Notes under the pieces: model-generated
The model's database searches: none
Told to the model about the DNA's origin: nothing
Seen by the model: the letters and a program-made list of their open reading frames with translations, nothing else
Shown: piece after piece, positions 50,680 through 63,714 of the stretch
How positions within the stretch are numbered: position 1 is the stretch's first letter
How the letters are laid out: each line of letters starts with the position of its first letter
Position numbers and translations under genes: made by a program
Assembly (NCBI RefSeq): GCF_963921235.1
Contig: NC_086108.1
Span: forward strand, 87,670,001 to 87,734,000
Direction of reading: 5' to 3'
From: Mobula hypostoma
Taxonomy: Eukaryota
DNA: 64,000 bases

Positions 50680-50730
50680 TGCGTGTGTGTGAGAGTGATA
50701 GTGAGTGTGAGAGTGAGAGAGTGTGAGAGT
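50636..50730. repeat. Compound microsatellite (GT)n(GCGT)n(GT)n(GAGT/GA)n
   Basis: Directly visible. Confidence 0.95.
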
Positions 50731-51529
50731 GTTCCATAAAAATTGTGTCCTGTCAAGTGAAAACCCTAAATCAAAATCTACCTTTCTTTCTGTACATTCC
50801 TAATTAGCCCGTGTCCTGTGGAGGAAATCTCAGTTATAAAGAATGATTTCAGAATATTTAAAAAGGCCATTTCATACCACCTACAAATTATCACTGCTGC
50901 AGAGACAACTGTAAATCAATAACTTGGAGGCATTTTAAATTGACAAATGTTTTCACTTAACGGGTAAAGGCTAAAAATTAACAGTACTACAACATAAAAA
51001 GGAAATCAATAGTAGTGTAATGTCTAATGCCTGGTAACTCATTGCTTATCGCATAGTGCATTCTTTCAAGAATGCAGTTAAAGTGAATCTCAAGGTTATA
51101 TATGGTATACATACTTTGATAATAAATGTACTTTGAACTTCGAAGTGGCTACTGACTACATTAGGAAATTATTTTGCCTCATACAACACTATAACTGGAG
51201 AGCTGAATGACAACTTCTTGTCAAGTGTTCCTTTCTCTAGCATAAACATTCAGTTTGCAATCCCAAAGGATTTCCCAAAAGGAAAGAGAAAATTGGGATA
51301 ATCAGAAGGTTCCAAGGATATTCGAGTTAACAATTTTTATTCACCTAAACAATAACATTTAAAATTCATATCAATATAGATGCAAGATGGCACTCATCTA
51401 TCACCTTCAGTGCAGTAAGTCAGGATCAGAATTAGGTTTAATACCACCAGCATATGTTGTAAAATTTGTTAACTTTGCAGTAGCAGCACAAAGGAACACT
51501 TGATAAATAACTGTTAACTTAGTGTTAAC

Positions 51530-54500
51530 TTGATAACCAGGCTACAGGGGTCAGAAAACTGGAGAGAGAGGGAAGGAAAATGCCCGAATAATGAAGAGCA
51601 CACCTGTGGCTGTCCCACTCAGCAACAAATATCTTGTTCTGGGTGCTGTTGAGGGGGATGACCTGACGGGGGACGCCCACAGTGACCGGGTCTCTGGCAC
51701 TGAGCCTGATGCTGTTGTGCAGGAGAGAAGGAGGGAGAAGAGGAATGCGGTAGTCATAGGGGATTCCATAGTCAGGGGAACGGACAGGAGATTCTGTGAG
51801 CCTGATAGAAATACTCGCATGGTGTGTTGCCTCCCAGGTGCCAGAGTACGGGATCTCTCAGATCAGGTCGTGAATATTCTGAAGGGGGAGGGTGAGCAGC
51901 CACGTTGGTACCAATGACATAGATAGGACAAAGGAGGAGGTCCTGAAGAGAGATTTCAAGGAGTTAGGAAGGAAACTGAGAAGCAGGACCTCTAGGTTAG
52001 TAATCTCGGGATTGCTACCTGTGCCACGTGCTAGTGAGGACAAGAATAGTAGGATCAGGCAGATGAATGCGTGGCTGAGAGACTGGTGCAGGGGGCAGGG
52101 CTTCTGATTCTTAGATAATTGGGATCTCTTCTGGGGGAAGTATGACCTGTTCAAAAAGGACGGGTTACGCCTGAACCCGAAGGGGACCAATATCCTGGCG
52201 GGAAAGTTTAATAGAGCTGTTAGGGAGGGTTTAAGCTAATTTGGCAGGGGGACGGGAACCAGAATGACAGAACGGAGGAAGGGGAAAACAGAAATAAATC
52301 TAAGATAGTGAGCAGTAAAGATGTCAGGAAAGACAGGCAGGTGATGGGGCAAATTTGTAGCCATTGAGATGAGTTGCAGTGCAATAAAGTTGCAGTGAAA
52401 TCAAAGCGAAAAGTACCAAATACTGGTCTTAAGGTGTTATACTTAAATGCATGCAACATAAGGAAAAAGGTGGATGATCTTGTTGTACAGCTACAGATTG
52501 GCAGGTATGATATTGTGGCCAACACTGAGACGTGGCTAAAGGATGCATGTCTCTGGGAGCTGAACGTCCAAGGATACACGGTGTATCGGAAGGATAGGAA
52601 GGTAGGCAGAGGGGGAGGCGTGGTTTTATTGGTAAGAGATGATATTAAATCATTAGAAAGAGGTGATATAGGATCGGAAGGTGCAGAATCTTTATGGATT
52701 GAGCTAAGAAATAGCAGGGGTAAAAGGACCCTGATGGCAGTTATTTATAGGCCTCCAAACAGCTGCAGGGATGTGGACTACAAATTACAACAGGAAATAG
52801 AAAAAGCTTGTCAGAAGGGCAGTGTTATGATAATTGCGGGGGATTTTAACATGCGAGTGGATTGGGAAAATCAGGCCGGCACTGGATCTCGAGAGAGAAT
52901 TTGTAGAATGTCTGCGAGATGGCTTTTTAGAACAGCTTGTTGTTGAGCCCACTAGGGGATCGGCTGTACTGGATTGGGTATTGTTTAATGAACCGGAAGT
53001 GATTAGAGAGATTGAGGTGAAGGAACCCTTAGGAGTCAGTGATCATAACATGATTGAGTTCACCGGGAAATTTGAAAAAGAGAAGCTGAAATCTGATGTG
53101 TCGGTATTTCAGTGGAGTAAAGGAAATTACAGTGGCATGAGAGAGGAACTGGCCAAAGTTGACTGGAAAGGGACACTGGCGGAAAGACAGCAGAGCAGCA
53201 GTGGCTGGAGTTTATGCGAGAAGTGAGGAAGGTGCAAGACAGGTATATTCCAAAAAAGAAGAAATTTTCAAATGAAAAAGGGATGCAACCATGACAAGAA
53301 AAGAGACCCTTGACAAAAGAAGTCAAAGCCAAAGTTAAAGCAATGGACAGGGCATACAAGGAAGCAAAAGTTAGTGGGAAGACAGAGGATTGGGAAGTTT
53401 TTAAAACCTTACAAAAGGAAACTAAGAAGGTCAGTAAGAGGGAAAAGATTAACTATGCAAGGAAGCTAGCAATTAATATCAAAGAGGATACTAAAAGCTT
53501 TTTCAAGTATATAAAGAGTAAAAGACAGGTGAGAGTAGATATAGGACCAATAGAAAATGATGCTGGAGAAATTGTAATGGGAGATAAGGAGATGGCGGAG
53601 GAACTGAACGAGTATTTTGCATCAGTCTTCACTGAGGAAGACATCAGCAGTATACCGGACACTCAAGGGTGACGGGGAAGAGAAGTGTGCGCAGTCACAA
53701 TTACGACAGAGCAAGTACTCAGGAAGCTGAATAGTCTAAAGGTAGATAAATCTCCCGGACCAGATGGAATGCACCCACGTGTTCTGAAGGAAGTAGCTGT
53801 GGAGATTGCGGAGGCATTAGCGATGATCTTTCAAAAGTTGATAGATTCTGGTATGGTTCTGGAGGACTGGAAAATTGCAAATGTCACTCCACTATTTAAG
53901 AAGGGGGCAAGGAAGCAAAAAGGAAATTATAGACCTGTTAGCTTGACATCGGTTGTTGGGAAGTTGTTGGAGTCAATTGTCAAGGATAAGGTTACAGAGT
54001 ACCTGGAGGCATATGACAAGACAGACAGAACTCAGCATGGATTCCTTAAAGGAAAATCCTGCCTGACAAACCTATTACAATTTTTTGAGGAAATTATCAG
54101 TAGGCTAGACAAGGGAGATGCAGTGGATGTTGTATATTTGGATTGTCAGAAGGCCTTTGACAAGATGCCACACATGAGGCTACTTAACAAGATAAGAGCC
54201 CATGGAATTACGGGAAAGTTACATACATGGATAGAGTGTTGGCTGATTGGCAGGAAACAGAGAGTGGGAATAAAGGGATCCTATTCTGGTTGGCTGCCGG
54301 TTACCAGTGGTGTTCCACAGGGGTCCGTGTTGGGGCCGCTTCTTTTTACATTGTACATCAACGATTTGGATTATGGAATAGATGGCTTTGTGGCTAAGTT
54401 TGCTGACGATACGAAGATAGGTGGAGGGGCCAGTAGTGCTGAGGAAACAGAGAGTCTGCAGAGAGACTTGGATAGATTGGAAGAATGGGCAAAAAAGTGG

Positions 54501-55325
54501 CAAATGAAATACAATGATGGAAAGTGTATGGTTATGCACTTTGGCAGAAGAAATAAACGGGCAGACTATTAATTAAATGGGGAAAGAATTCAAAGTTCTG
54601 AGATGCACCAGGACTTGGGAGTCCTTGTACAGGATACCCTTAAGGTTAACCTCCAGGTTGAGTCAGTAGTGAAGAAGGCGAATGCAATGTTGGCATTCAT
54701 TTCTAGAGGAATAGAGTATAGGAGCAGGGATGTGATGTTGAGGCTCTATAAGGCACTGGTGAGACCTCACTTGGAGTACTCTGGGCAGTTTTGGTCTCTT
54801 TATTTAAGAAAGGATGTGCTGACGTTGGAGAGGGTACAGAGAAGAGTCACTAGAATGATTCGGGGAATGAGAGGGTTAACATATGAGGAACGTTTGTCCG
54901 CTCTTGGACTGTATTCCTTGGAGTTTAGAAGAATGAGGGGAGACTTCATAGAAACATTTCGAATGTTGAAAGGCATGGACAGAGTGGATGTGGCAAAGTT
55001 GTTTCCCATGATGGGGGAGTCCAGTACGAGAGGGCATGACTTAAGGATTGACGGGCGCCCATTCAGAACAGAAATGCGAAGAAATTTTTTTAGTCAGAGG
55101 GTGGTGAATCTGTGGAATTTGTTGCCACGGGCAGCAGTGGAGGCCAAGTCATTGGGTGTATTTAAGGCAGAGACTGATAGGTATCTGAGTAGCCAGGACA
55201 TCAAAGGTTATGGTGAGAAGGTGGGGGAGTGGGACTAAATGGGAGAATGGGTCACCTCATGATAAAATGGTGGAGCAGACTTGATGGGCCGAATGGCCGA
55301 CTTCTGCTCCTTTGTTTTATGGTCT
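51530..55325 (+). mobile_element. Near full-length CR1 LINE (partial SGNH-esterase ORF1, APE+RT ORF2, 3' UTR), inactivated
   Basis: ORF1 VIGDSIVRG and [43 protein letters not shown]; frameshifts near 52890 and 53175, stops at 53670 and 54570. Confidence 0.96.
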
Positions 55326-55680
55326 AAATATGGATGGAGAAAACTGAATTACATATTTTTTGCATTATCTACCTACTTAATAGTCATATTTAATATGTAT
55401 GTCTATTAAATAGGTCGGTAATGCAGAAAATAAGAAATAAAAAAAGTAGTGAGATAGCTAGTGTTCATAGGTTCAATGTCCATTTAAAAATCGGATGGCA
55501 GAGGATAAGAAGCTCTTCCTGAATCGCTGAGTGTGTGCCTTCAGGCTTCTGTACCTCCTTCCTGACGGTAAAAATAAGAGGGCACGTCCTGGGTGATGGG
55601 GGCCCTTAATGATGAATGCCACCTTTCCTATGCACCGCATTTGAAGACGTCTTGGATACTACAGACACTAGTACCCAAGA
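55326..55680 (-). mobile_element. Rex-Babar 3' fragment (its terminal part lies at 51420-51520, left of the CR1)
   Basis: Reverse of aggaggtacagaagcctgaaggcacacactcagcgattcaggaagagc; terminal tcagaattaggtttaatacc at 51427. Confidence 0.7.
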
Positions 55681-56342
55681 TACTCCACAAAATAATGGAA
55701 TAATTGTCAATTAACAAGTGCATAAAGAGATACAGGAGGTGGCTGGATTTAAGGATTTCATTGAAGGAAATCACTGGAAATAGAAAGCCAAATTTAGGGA
55801 GAGAATTCCATAACTTAAGGCCTAAGAAACGAGTCACGGCGAAGAAAGTAACACAACTAAGACAGCAGAAACTAATCCTTCAGAAATGGAGCAGAAAAGG
55901 TCTTAAAGGCATGAAAAGCTAAAAGAAATCTGTAAGACAAAGAGTCACAGTTATGCGAGGATTCAAAAACTAGTATGAGTATTTTTATATGAAGTATGCC
56001 AGTAATGACACTAGTTATAGTTAAGATCCATTTATTTCGATGAAGTTCTTAATTGTAACCAGATTCATAGATAAAATGAGCACAGATTCTGGACTATACT
56101 GCAGAAGGACATCAGCCAGGAATTACAGTACCTCAATGATATTAGTAATGAAATACAAAGGCAGCACGGTGGCAGAGTGGATCAGTGCTCCAGGGTATTA
56201 ATGTTTCTTATCATGAAGCAATATAGTTAATAGATCATAGAACAATCCTCTGTTGTTTGGTAAAGCCATTCTTCAATAGTTTACCATACTCACTGTCTCA
56301 AAGTCTAAGAGCTCTCTAGCCCCGACATCCTTTGATCCTTAC

Positions 56343-56457
56343 CTTCCAAGTTCCTTGTTCCCCACATTGGCAAGGTGTATTCTTTATTCTGACAAAGTTG
56401 ACTTAGGTGTTCAAAAGTCAACAAGGAAGAGACACATGCATGGTCTTGTGGGTAAAT
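56343..56457 (-). CDS. SZT2: SZT2 exon: IYPQDHACVSSLLTFEHLSQLCQNKEYTLPMWGTRNLE
   Basis: tag|ATT..GAA G|gtaagg; 115 nt, phase 0 to 1. Confidence 0.92.
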
Positions 56458-56689
56458 CTAGGAAGATAAAAATATATTCATTAAAACCCTTGCAAAATAT
56501 CAATAACATGAAAGATGAATATTTCAGAGTGAAGCATATACTACAGTAGATTCCATGCTCAATGTATTAACATTGAAGCACAAAGGACTGAAGATGCTGG
56601 GAGCTGGAGCAAGAAACACCAGAGTGTCGGGCAGCATCTATGGAGGGAAATGAAAAATAGAGAGCCCAAGCGGAAAAAAAAACATTATG

Positions 56690-58975
56690 GGAATATAGGC
56701 CTCTAAATAGTAGCCAAGGTGTGGGAATGAAATTGCAAAGGGAGCTGGAAAAGGCATTAATAAGGGTAATGACACAATTTTAATGGTGGACTTCAATATG
56801 CAAGGGGATTGGGAAAATCAAGTTGGTGTTGGATCGTAAGAGAGGGAAATTGTTGAATGCCTATGAGAAGGCCTTTTAAAGCAACTTGTGTTTGAACCTA
56901 CTCGAAGAAAGGCTATCTTAGACTGGGTGTTGTGTAATAACTCACAAGGCACAGGATATGTCCCACAGTTGTTCTCAAATAGCAGAGGTAGGCAACTGTG
57001 GCTGGCAAAGGAAAGTTACTGTGTAAAAGCCAAGGAAAGGGTGCATAATGTAGCAAAAATGAGTGGGAGGTTGGATGATTGGGAAGCTTTTAAAATCCAA
57101 CAAGAGGAAACTAAAATTACTACAAAAAGGGAAAAGATGAAATATGAGGGCAAACCAGCTAACAATATAAAGCAGGATACTAAAGGTTTTTTCAGTTATA
57201 TAAAGAGTAGAAGGGAAGTGAGAGTTGATATTGGACCACTAGAAAATGATGCTGGTGAGGGAGTAGTGGGGGACAAAGAAATGGCAGATGAACTTAATAA
57301 GTACTTTGCAGCAGTCTTCACTGTGGAAGACACTAGCAGTGCGCCAGAGGTCCGTGAATGTCAAGGAGCAGGGGTGAGTACCATTGTTATTACAAAGGAA
57401 AAAGTGCTAGGCAAGCTCAAAGGTCTTCAGATGGATAACTCATCAGGACTATACGGACTACATCCCAGAGTCCTGAGAGAAGTTGCTTAAGAGATAACGG
57501 ATGCATTGGTCATGATCTTTTAAGAATCACTTGATTCTGGCATGGACCCTGAGGACTGGAAGATTTCAAATGTCACTCCACCCTTTAAGAAGGGAGGAAG
57601 GCAAAAGAAGGGAAATTATAGACTAGTTAGCTTAAGCTCAGTGGTTGGGAAAGCGCTGGAGTCCATTATTAAGGATGACATTTTGGGGCACTTGGGAGAC
57701 TAATGATAAAATAAGTCATAATCAGCATGGTTTCTGTACAGGGAAATCTTGCCTAACAAATCCGTTAAAGAGTTCTTTGAGGAAGTAAAAAGCAGGGTGG
57801 ACAAAGGAGCAGCACTGGATATCATTAATGTATTTTCAGAAGGCGTTTGATAAAGTGCCACACACGAGGCTGTTTAACAAAATAAAATCCTATGGAGTTA
57901 CAGGAAAGATATTGGCATGGATAGTGGAATGGCTTACAGGCAGAAGGTAGTGACCAGGAATAAAAGGAACCTTTTCTGGTTGACTGCCGGTGACTAGTGG
58001 TGTTTTTCAGTGGTCAGTATTGGGACCACTACTTTTCACATTGTTTGCCAGTGATTTGGATAATGAAATTGATGGCTTTGTGGCAAAGTCTGCAGATGAT
58101 ATGAAGATAGGTGGAGAGGTAGGTAGTGCTGAGGAAGCAACACGATTGCAGTAGGACTTAAACAAACTGAAAGAACAGGCAACAATGTGGCAGATGGAAT
58201 AGTGTGTTAGGAAATGTATGGTTTTGGTAAATGGAACAATAGTGTGGACTATTATCTAAATGGGGAGAAAGTTCAAACATCAGAGGTGCAGAGGGACTTA
58301 AGAGTTCTCGGGCAAGACTCCCAGAAGGGTACTTTACAAGTTGCATCTGTGGTAAAGAAGACAAATGCAATGTTGGCATTTATTTCAAGGTGAATAGTAT
58401 ATAAAAGCAAGGAGATAATGTTGAGTCTTTATAAGACACTAGTAGGCCGCACTTGGGAGTACTGTCAACAGTTTTGGACCCCATATCTCAGAAAGGATGT
58501 GTTGTCGTTGAAGAGAGTCCAGAGGTTCATGAGCATAATTCCAGGATGAAGAGGTAAACATCTGAGCAACATCTGGCATCTTTGGGCCTGTACTCACTGG
58601 AATTTAGAAGAAGGTGGCAGGGATCTCATTAAAACTTACTGAATGTTGAAAGGACGCTTCCAATGGTGAGGGTATCCAAAACCAGAGGGCACAGCCTCAA
58701 AATTGAGGGCGGCCCTTTAGAACAAAGGTAAGGAGTTTTTTTTTAGGCAGAGAATAGCAAATCTGTGGAATTCTCTGCCACAGATTGCAATGGAGGCCAA
58801 GTCAGTGGGGTATATTTAAGGTGGAAGTTGATCACTTCCTGAGCAGTCAGGGCATCAAAGGATATGGTGAGAGGGCAGGTGTATGGGGTTGAGTGGGATT
58901 CAGGATTAGCCATGACGGAATGGCAGAGTAGACTCGATGGGCTGAAAGGCCTAATTCTGCTCCTATGTCTTATGA
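56690..58975 (+). mobile_element. CR1 LINE ORF2 to 3' end, decayed, with an internal deletion
   Basis: ILDWVLCN, DIGPLENDAGE, LHPRVLREVA; tail tcctatgtcttatg. Confidence 0.9.
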
Positions 58976-59695
58976 TCAAATGTTGACTACTCATTTCCTT
59001 GCACTGATGCTCCCTGACCTGCTTAGCTCCTAAAGCAGTATGTTGAGTGTCTTGATCCTGCTTTTAACACATAATCCTGTCAGTAACACCAAAGTCGGAC
59101 ATAACTGGAAGTGGGAGACCTGTGTCATGAAAAATATTTGCATGCACTATACGCATTTGCAACATCCACTGCTCATAGTATTTTGTTCTTAATTTCACAT
59201 AAGATTTGGGCAAGAAAGTAGTCTATTCCTTCTTTAGTTTCTAATGTTCTTATTAGTCTATGATCAATGACACTTGGTTAGTACATTGCTTCTCTGTGGA
59301 CAAATTCCTACTATGACTGCAGAAATCTGTACAAAAGAAGCAAGGATAACATTTATTCCTGACAAATCTTAAGGTAGTGGCAATAAGCTGCTTTATTCAA
59401 CTACTGTAACCTTTCTGGTGAAGGTGCTCCTAGTGTTTTTGGATACGCAGCTTTTGACCAGACAAAAATGAAGGAATCACATTATACTTCCATGCCAGCA
59501 TGGCGCTCAGCTTGAAAGGAAATCTTCAATGGTGGTCATCCCCTGTGTAAGGTGTCCTTTTCCTTTTTGGTGGTAGACTGCCCATATTTTGAAATAGCCA
59601 CAGATATGCTGTAGTTGCAACATAGCAGCCAAAGCGAACACTTAGTGGATGGGCTTCCAGTCAAGCAGACCGAAGTTACTTCCCAAGTGACTTAC

Positions 59696-59864
59696 CGCCT
59701 TTGGAATATCTAAATAAGACAATCCATTTAAGTATTTCCGGCTATCAGCAGAAGTGACCACGTGGCCACTCTGAGGCTCCACCCAGCATTCAGTCACCAA
59801 ATTTAACTCCGTATCAGGTTCAATTGCTTCAACCTCTGTGTCATTATCATCATCTGTGGAAAAA
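59696..59864 (-). CDS. SZT2: SZT2 exon: FSTDDDNDTEVEAIEPDTELNLVTECWVEPQSGHV...LDIPKA
   Basis: tag|T..GCG|gtaagt; FSTDDDND and ELNLVTE.WVEPQ motifs; 169 nt, phase 2 to 0. Confidence 0.95.
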
Positions 59865-60009
59865 CTAAGAGAATTGGAGGCAGATCAGAAGTTGATTTTG
59901 TTTCTCCTGTCAGCAAAGAATTTAGCAAACTATTTTGGATAAAAAGCAAGTAGCATTTGATTTCTGGAAAAAATAAAGAAATTATAAATATGATTAACTC
60001 CTGTTGTGC

Positions 60010-61060
60010 TGTATACCAACTGCCCCATCCTCAACCCTATCATGCTGGTTCCCATGCCCCTGCCAAATTAGTTTAAACCTTCCTCTAGCAAACCTGTCCA
60101 CGAGGATATTGGTCCCCCTCGGGTTCAGATATAACACGTCCTTTTAGTATGGGTCATTCCTACCCCACAAGAGATCCCAATGATCCAGAAACCTGAAACA
60201 CTGCCTATTGCATCAATTCCTCAGCCACATATTCATCTGCCAAATCATCCTATTCTTACCTTCACTGGCACATGGCACAGACAGCAATCCAAAGATTACT
60301 ACCCTGGAGATCTGCTTTTCAGCTTTCAACATAACTCCCATATTCTCTCTCAGGACCTCCTCCGTTTTCCTACCTGTGGCGTCAGTACCAATGCGTACCA
60401 TGCTTTCTGGACGTTCACCCTCCCCCTTTAGAATGCTGTGGACCCGATCCAAGACATCGCCGACTCTGGCAGCTGGGAGACAACATAACATCCGGGTGTC
60501 CCTTTTATGTCCACTGCATCTGCTGTAATTATGAAACCTCTAATTATGAAACCCCCTAACACTACTGCACTCCTCTTCTCCTCCCTTGCCTTCTGAGACA
60601 CAGAGCCAGACTCAGTGCCAGAGACCAGATCACTGCAGCATCTTCCTGCCCACCCCACCCCAAACAAAAGCAGTATCGAAAGCGGTATACTTATTATTGT
60701 GGGAACAGTGTAAGGGTTACCCTGCGCTGGTTGCCTATTTCCTTTCCCCCTCCTGATAGTCACCCAGGTACCTGCCTCCTGCAACTTAAGGGTGACTACC
60801 TCTGTGTAGCTCCTATCTATCACCTCATTGTCCCGTGTGAGCCGAAGATCACCCAACTGCATCTCCAGTTCCTTAACACACTCTCTAAGGAGCTGGAGCT
60901 CTGTAGATATCAGGGAGACTGGAGGTCTCCCAAAGTTCCCACATCTCACACAAGTAACATACCATTAACTCTGGACCCATTCTCAGCACACCAGCTATGC
61001 ACTAATACAGAAAAAAACTTACTAGAAACTTACTTTTTTCACCCTCTGCAAGGTGCAAGT
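60010..61060 (-). mobile_element. CR1 ORF1 (esterase) fragment
   Basis: LQLLRECVKELEMQLGDLR coiled coil, CCLPAARVGDV, RIGTD; homologous to 51530-52260. Confidence 0.85.
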
Positions 61061-62282
61061 TTGGAGCTCAATGAAATAATTTTCTACTTGCCTTATTAAA
61101 TGCAGCGCTAACAACTCAATAGGTTGAACACTAACAAGCACATTGAAATGCTACCACCTTCAATTTCTCTTCCATGTCATACACCCTTGTGACTTAAAAA
61201 TATCAGTTTCTTTATTCTGGAATTCCTTCCCTAACAACCTAGTGAAGTACTTTTAGAACATAACAGCACACGGCTTGCGTCGACTTTTTAACCTATTCTA
61301 CTGTGTGCCTGCCTACGAATTTCTTAAATACCCCCAATGTATCTGCCTCTACCACCACCCAGGACAAGGCATCCCACACACCCACGAATCTCTGTGGTCT
61401 TAACTCTGACATCCTCAACCCCCATACTTTCCTTCAGTTATCTTAAAGTTATGCTCCCTTGTATTAGCCACAAGGACTGAAACAATTCAAGTTGACAGCT
61501 CACTTTTACGAAACAATTAGGAATGGACATTAAGTACTAGCCTGCCAAAAATACCTGCACTCATAAAGGAATCTGTCACATCAAATCATCATGACATGGT
61601 CCCATGTACCTTGAGTAGCATCTTCAGAAAACTAAAATTAAGATCAGGAGCAAAAATTGCTAATGGAGTTTCCACTCAGATTAAAACCCTATTATAAATA
61701 AATGCCTCCCTACCAGTGGTGTCGCCAGTGTAGGGTGTAGTGTGCCTGCTCCCAGGTATTATATTAGGACACACCAAACGGTCCCTCGGGTCTTTTGGGG
61801 CCATTCTGCTGTCTAGACACCGATGTAACGGTTTTATGAAATTAAATGAAACTGGAATGCCTGTGTCTAGAATGCTTATTTTTATGAGGTTTAAACCAGT
61901 ACAGTACATAAACTGAAGGGATTGTTTCGATTAGCCAAGCTAGTGATTGTTTTACTGTTGGGCTGTGTAACTGGTGAACTCCAAGAACTGCAGAACGGGA
62001 GGGCAAAGTGTGTAAACTACTGGGGAAACTAGACCAGGGACAGAACAAGGAGGAGTGACTAACCGGGCAAAAGAGGCGAAGTTAGCGGGAGAATTAGCAT
62101 TGTCACATAAATATTTAATAAAATCATTCGGTTTGTGCATCAAGACTATAAAGTTAATACTCTAATCTGTTTGAGAACTAATAGTTACCTTATGCAATTT
62201 GCTTCGCTCATATCATAAGAGGGATTTCTGCACCAAATTTCATAAAACTCACCATCTGGAAATTTACTTATTGGAATGTTAC

Positions 62283-62377
62283 CTGTCTTTGGTTGAATTA
62301 GAATGAGGAGGGAAAATGATGTACTGGATTAGGCATGTGTGGAGCTCATCGTTATCATCTTCGCATCTTGAACTGCC
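62283..62377 (-). CDS. SZT2: SZT2 exon: GSSRCEDDNDELHTCLIQYIIFPPHSNSTKD(S)
   Basis: cag|GGC..AG|gtaac; HTC..QYI.FPPHS.STKD motif; 95 nt, phase 0 to 2. Confidence 0.93.
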
Positions 62378-62707
62378 CTGTATCCAAACAAGTTGCATAA
62401 TTCAATATTTCCAAAAGTAACCTCAAAATGCCTTAAGCAACTTTATGCAACGATGCTGTACATTTAATTAACAATATAATGTCCTAACATTATATTTCAG
62501 GATTAATTTTCAAGTAAGCATAGGCTTTCTGTAAATCTGCAACCAGTTCACCATATTAAAAAATTAACAGTAAAGATATCTACAAATATGTAGATATCTC
62601 CTCACGAGGAGACCAGTTCCTTTATAATACAAGAATTATTCTCTCTGATCAGAAAGCACAGTCACCTGGGCTTAGGTACTTCACTCTATGGCATTCTTAA
62701 TCCTTAC

Positions 62708-62786
62708 CTTCATAGGTAATTCAATCACCATGGTGACAATACCATCTCCAGTAGCAGCAAAATGGAACCCTTCAGACAAACGAATT
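62708..62786 (-). CDS. SZT2: SZT2 internal exon (1st in window): [26 protein letters not shown]
   Basis: tag|A..AAG|gtaagg; resembles vertebrate SZT2 [15 protein letters not shown] (recalled); 79 nt, phase 2 to 0. Confidence 0.93.
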
Positions 62787-63714
62787 CTACATTATGAAAT
62801 AGGGAAGAAAGGACAGTTACTGATTAGAGATTGACCTGTGTTTACTGAGCAGGTCAGACAGTTCTCCATGGAGTGAGAAACAAGAGGTAAGGTCAGTGAC
62901 TCGAAAGGCTAACCATTTCTTTCTCCATAAAATACTGTCTAACCTGCTGATTACATCCAGCATTTTTTTGTTTTTATTTCATGTTTCTAGCACCCAGCAT
63001 TTTGTTTTTATTTTTTCCTTCACATTGTTGTGATGAGAAGTATAAAAATCCGATCTATCAACTTTTGCCTCCATAATTAATATTTTTTTCCTCACCAGGT
63101 TTTTTAAAATTTATTTTTTGCACAACAAATCAGTTAGGCATTTCAACTGGTCAGCATTGCTTCTGGAAGCATCTGATGAAACATATAAAGCAATAGTTGG
63201 GAAAGCTCCTTATCTGCCTGCTTCTGTAAACATTGACTCAGTCTCACAGATCTCTGGTGCTGCAAATTTTATCAGATATTATAAATAAACTTTCCTTTCA
63301 TTGCAGAAAATATCTTTCAGGAATATAGGCAAGACAAACATTAGCCCAATTTTCCCAGAGAAATGCCAGTAATTCTACATAGAGCTGCTGGCATTCCTCC
63401 ACTTATCAGGAAGTTCAAGAGTTTTACAGGTTCCAAGTTTCCCAACAGGACCTTCCTGCTGTTAAACTGAGTCTGCACTGTTGAACACCATCTGAAAATT
63501 TCCAGTAATTGCAATGGAAAATCTCTCTCGCTGTACCGCAACAATAGGAGTTTAATGATGCTTTTCATTTCAATACAGGATTAGCTGTGAGGAAGAACTT
63601 AACTTTTCAATAACTTACATTTCTTTAATCAATTGAGTTATTTTAAAATTATTTATTTAATTGCCGTAATGTTTGAATTATTTTACATAATTATTTTAAT
63701 ATGGCTTGGAGTTA

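Noticed and set aside
53685..55238. Long RT ORFs as an active or domesticated gene
   Set aside because: Part of a CR1 copy with stops and frameshifts
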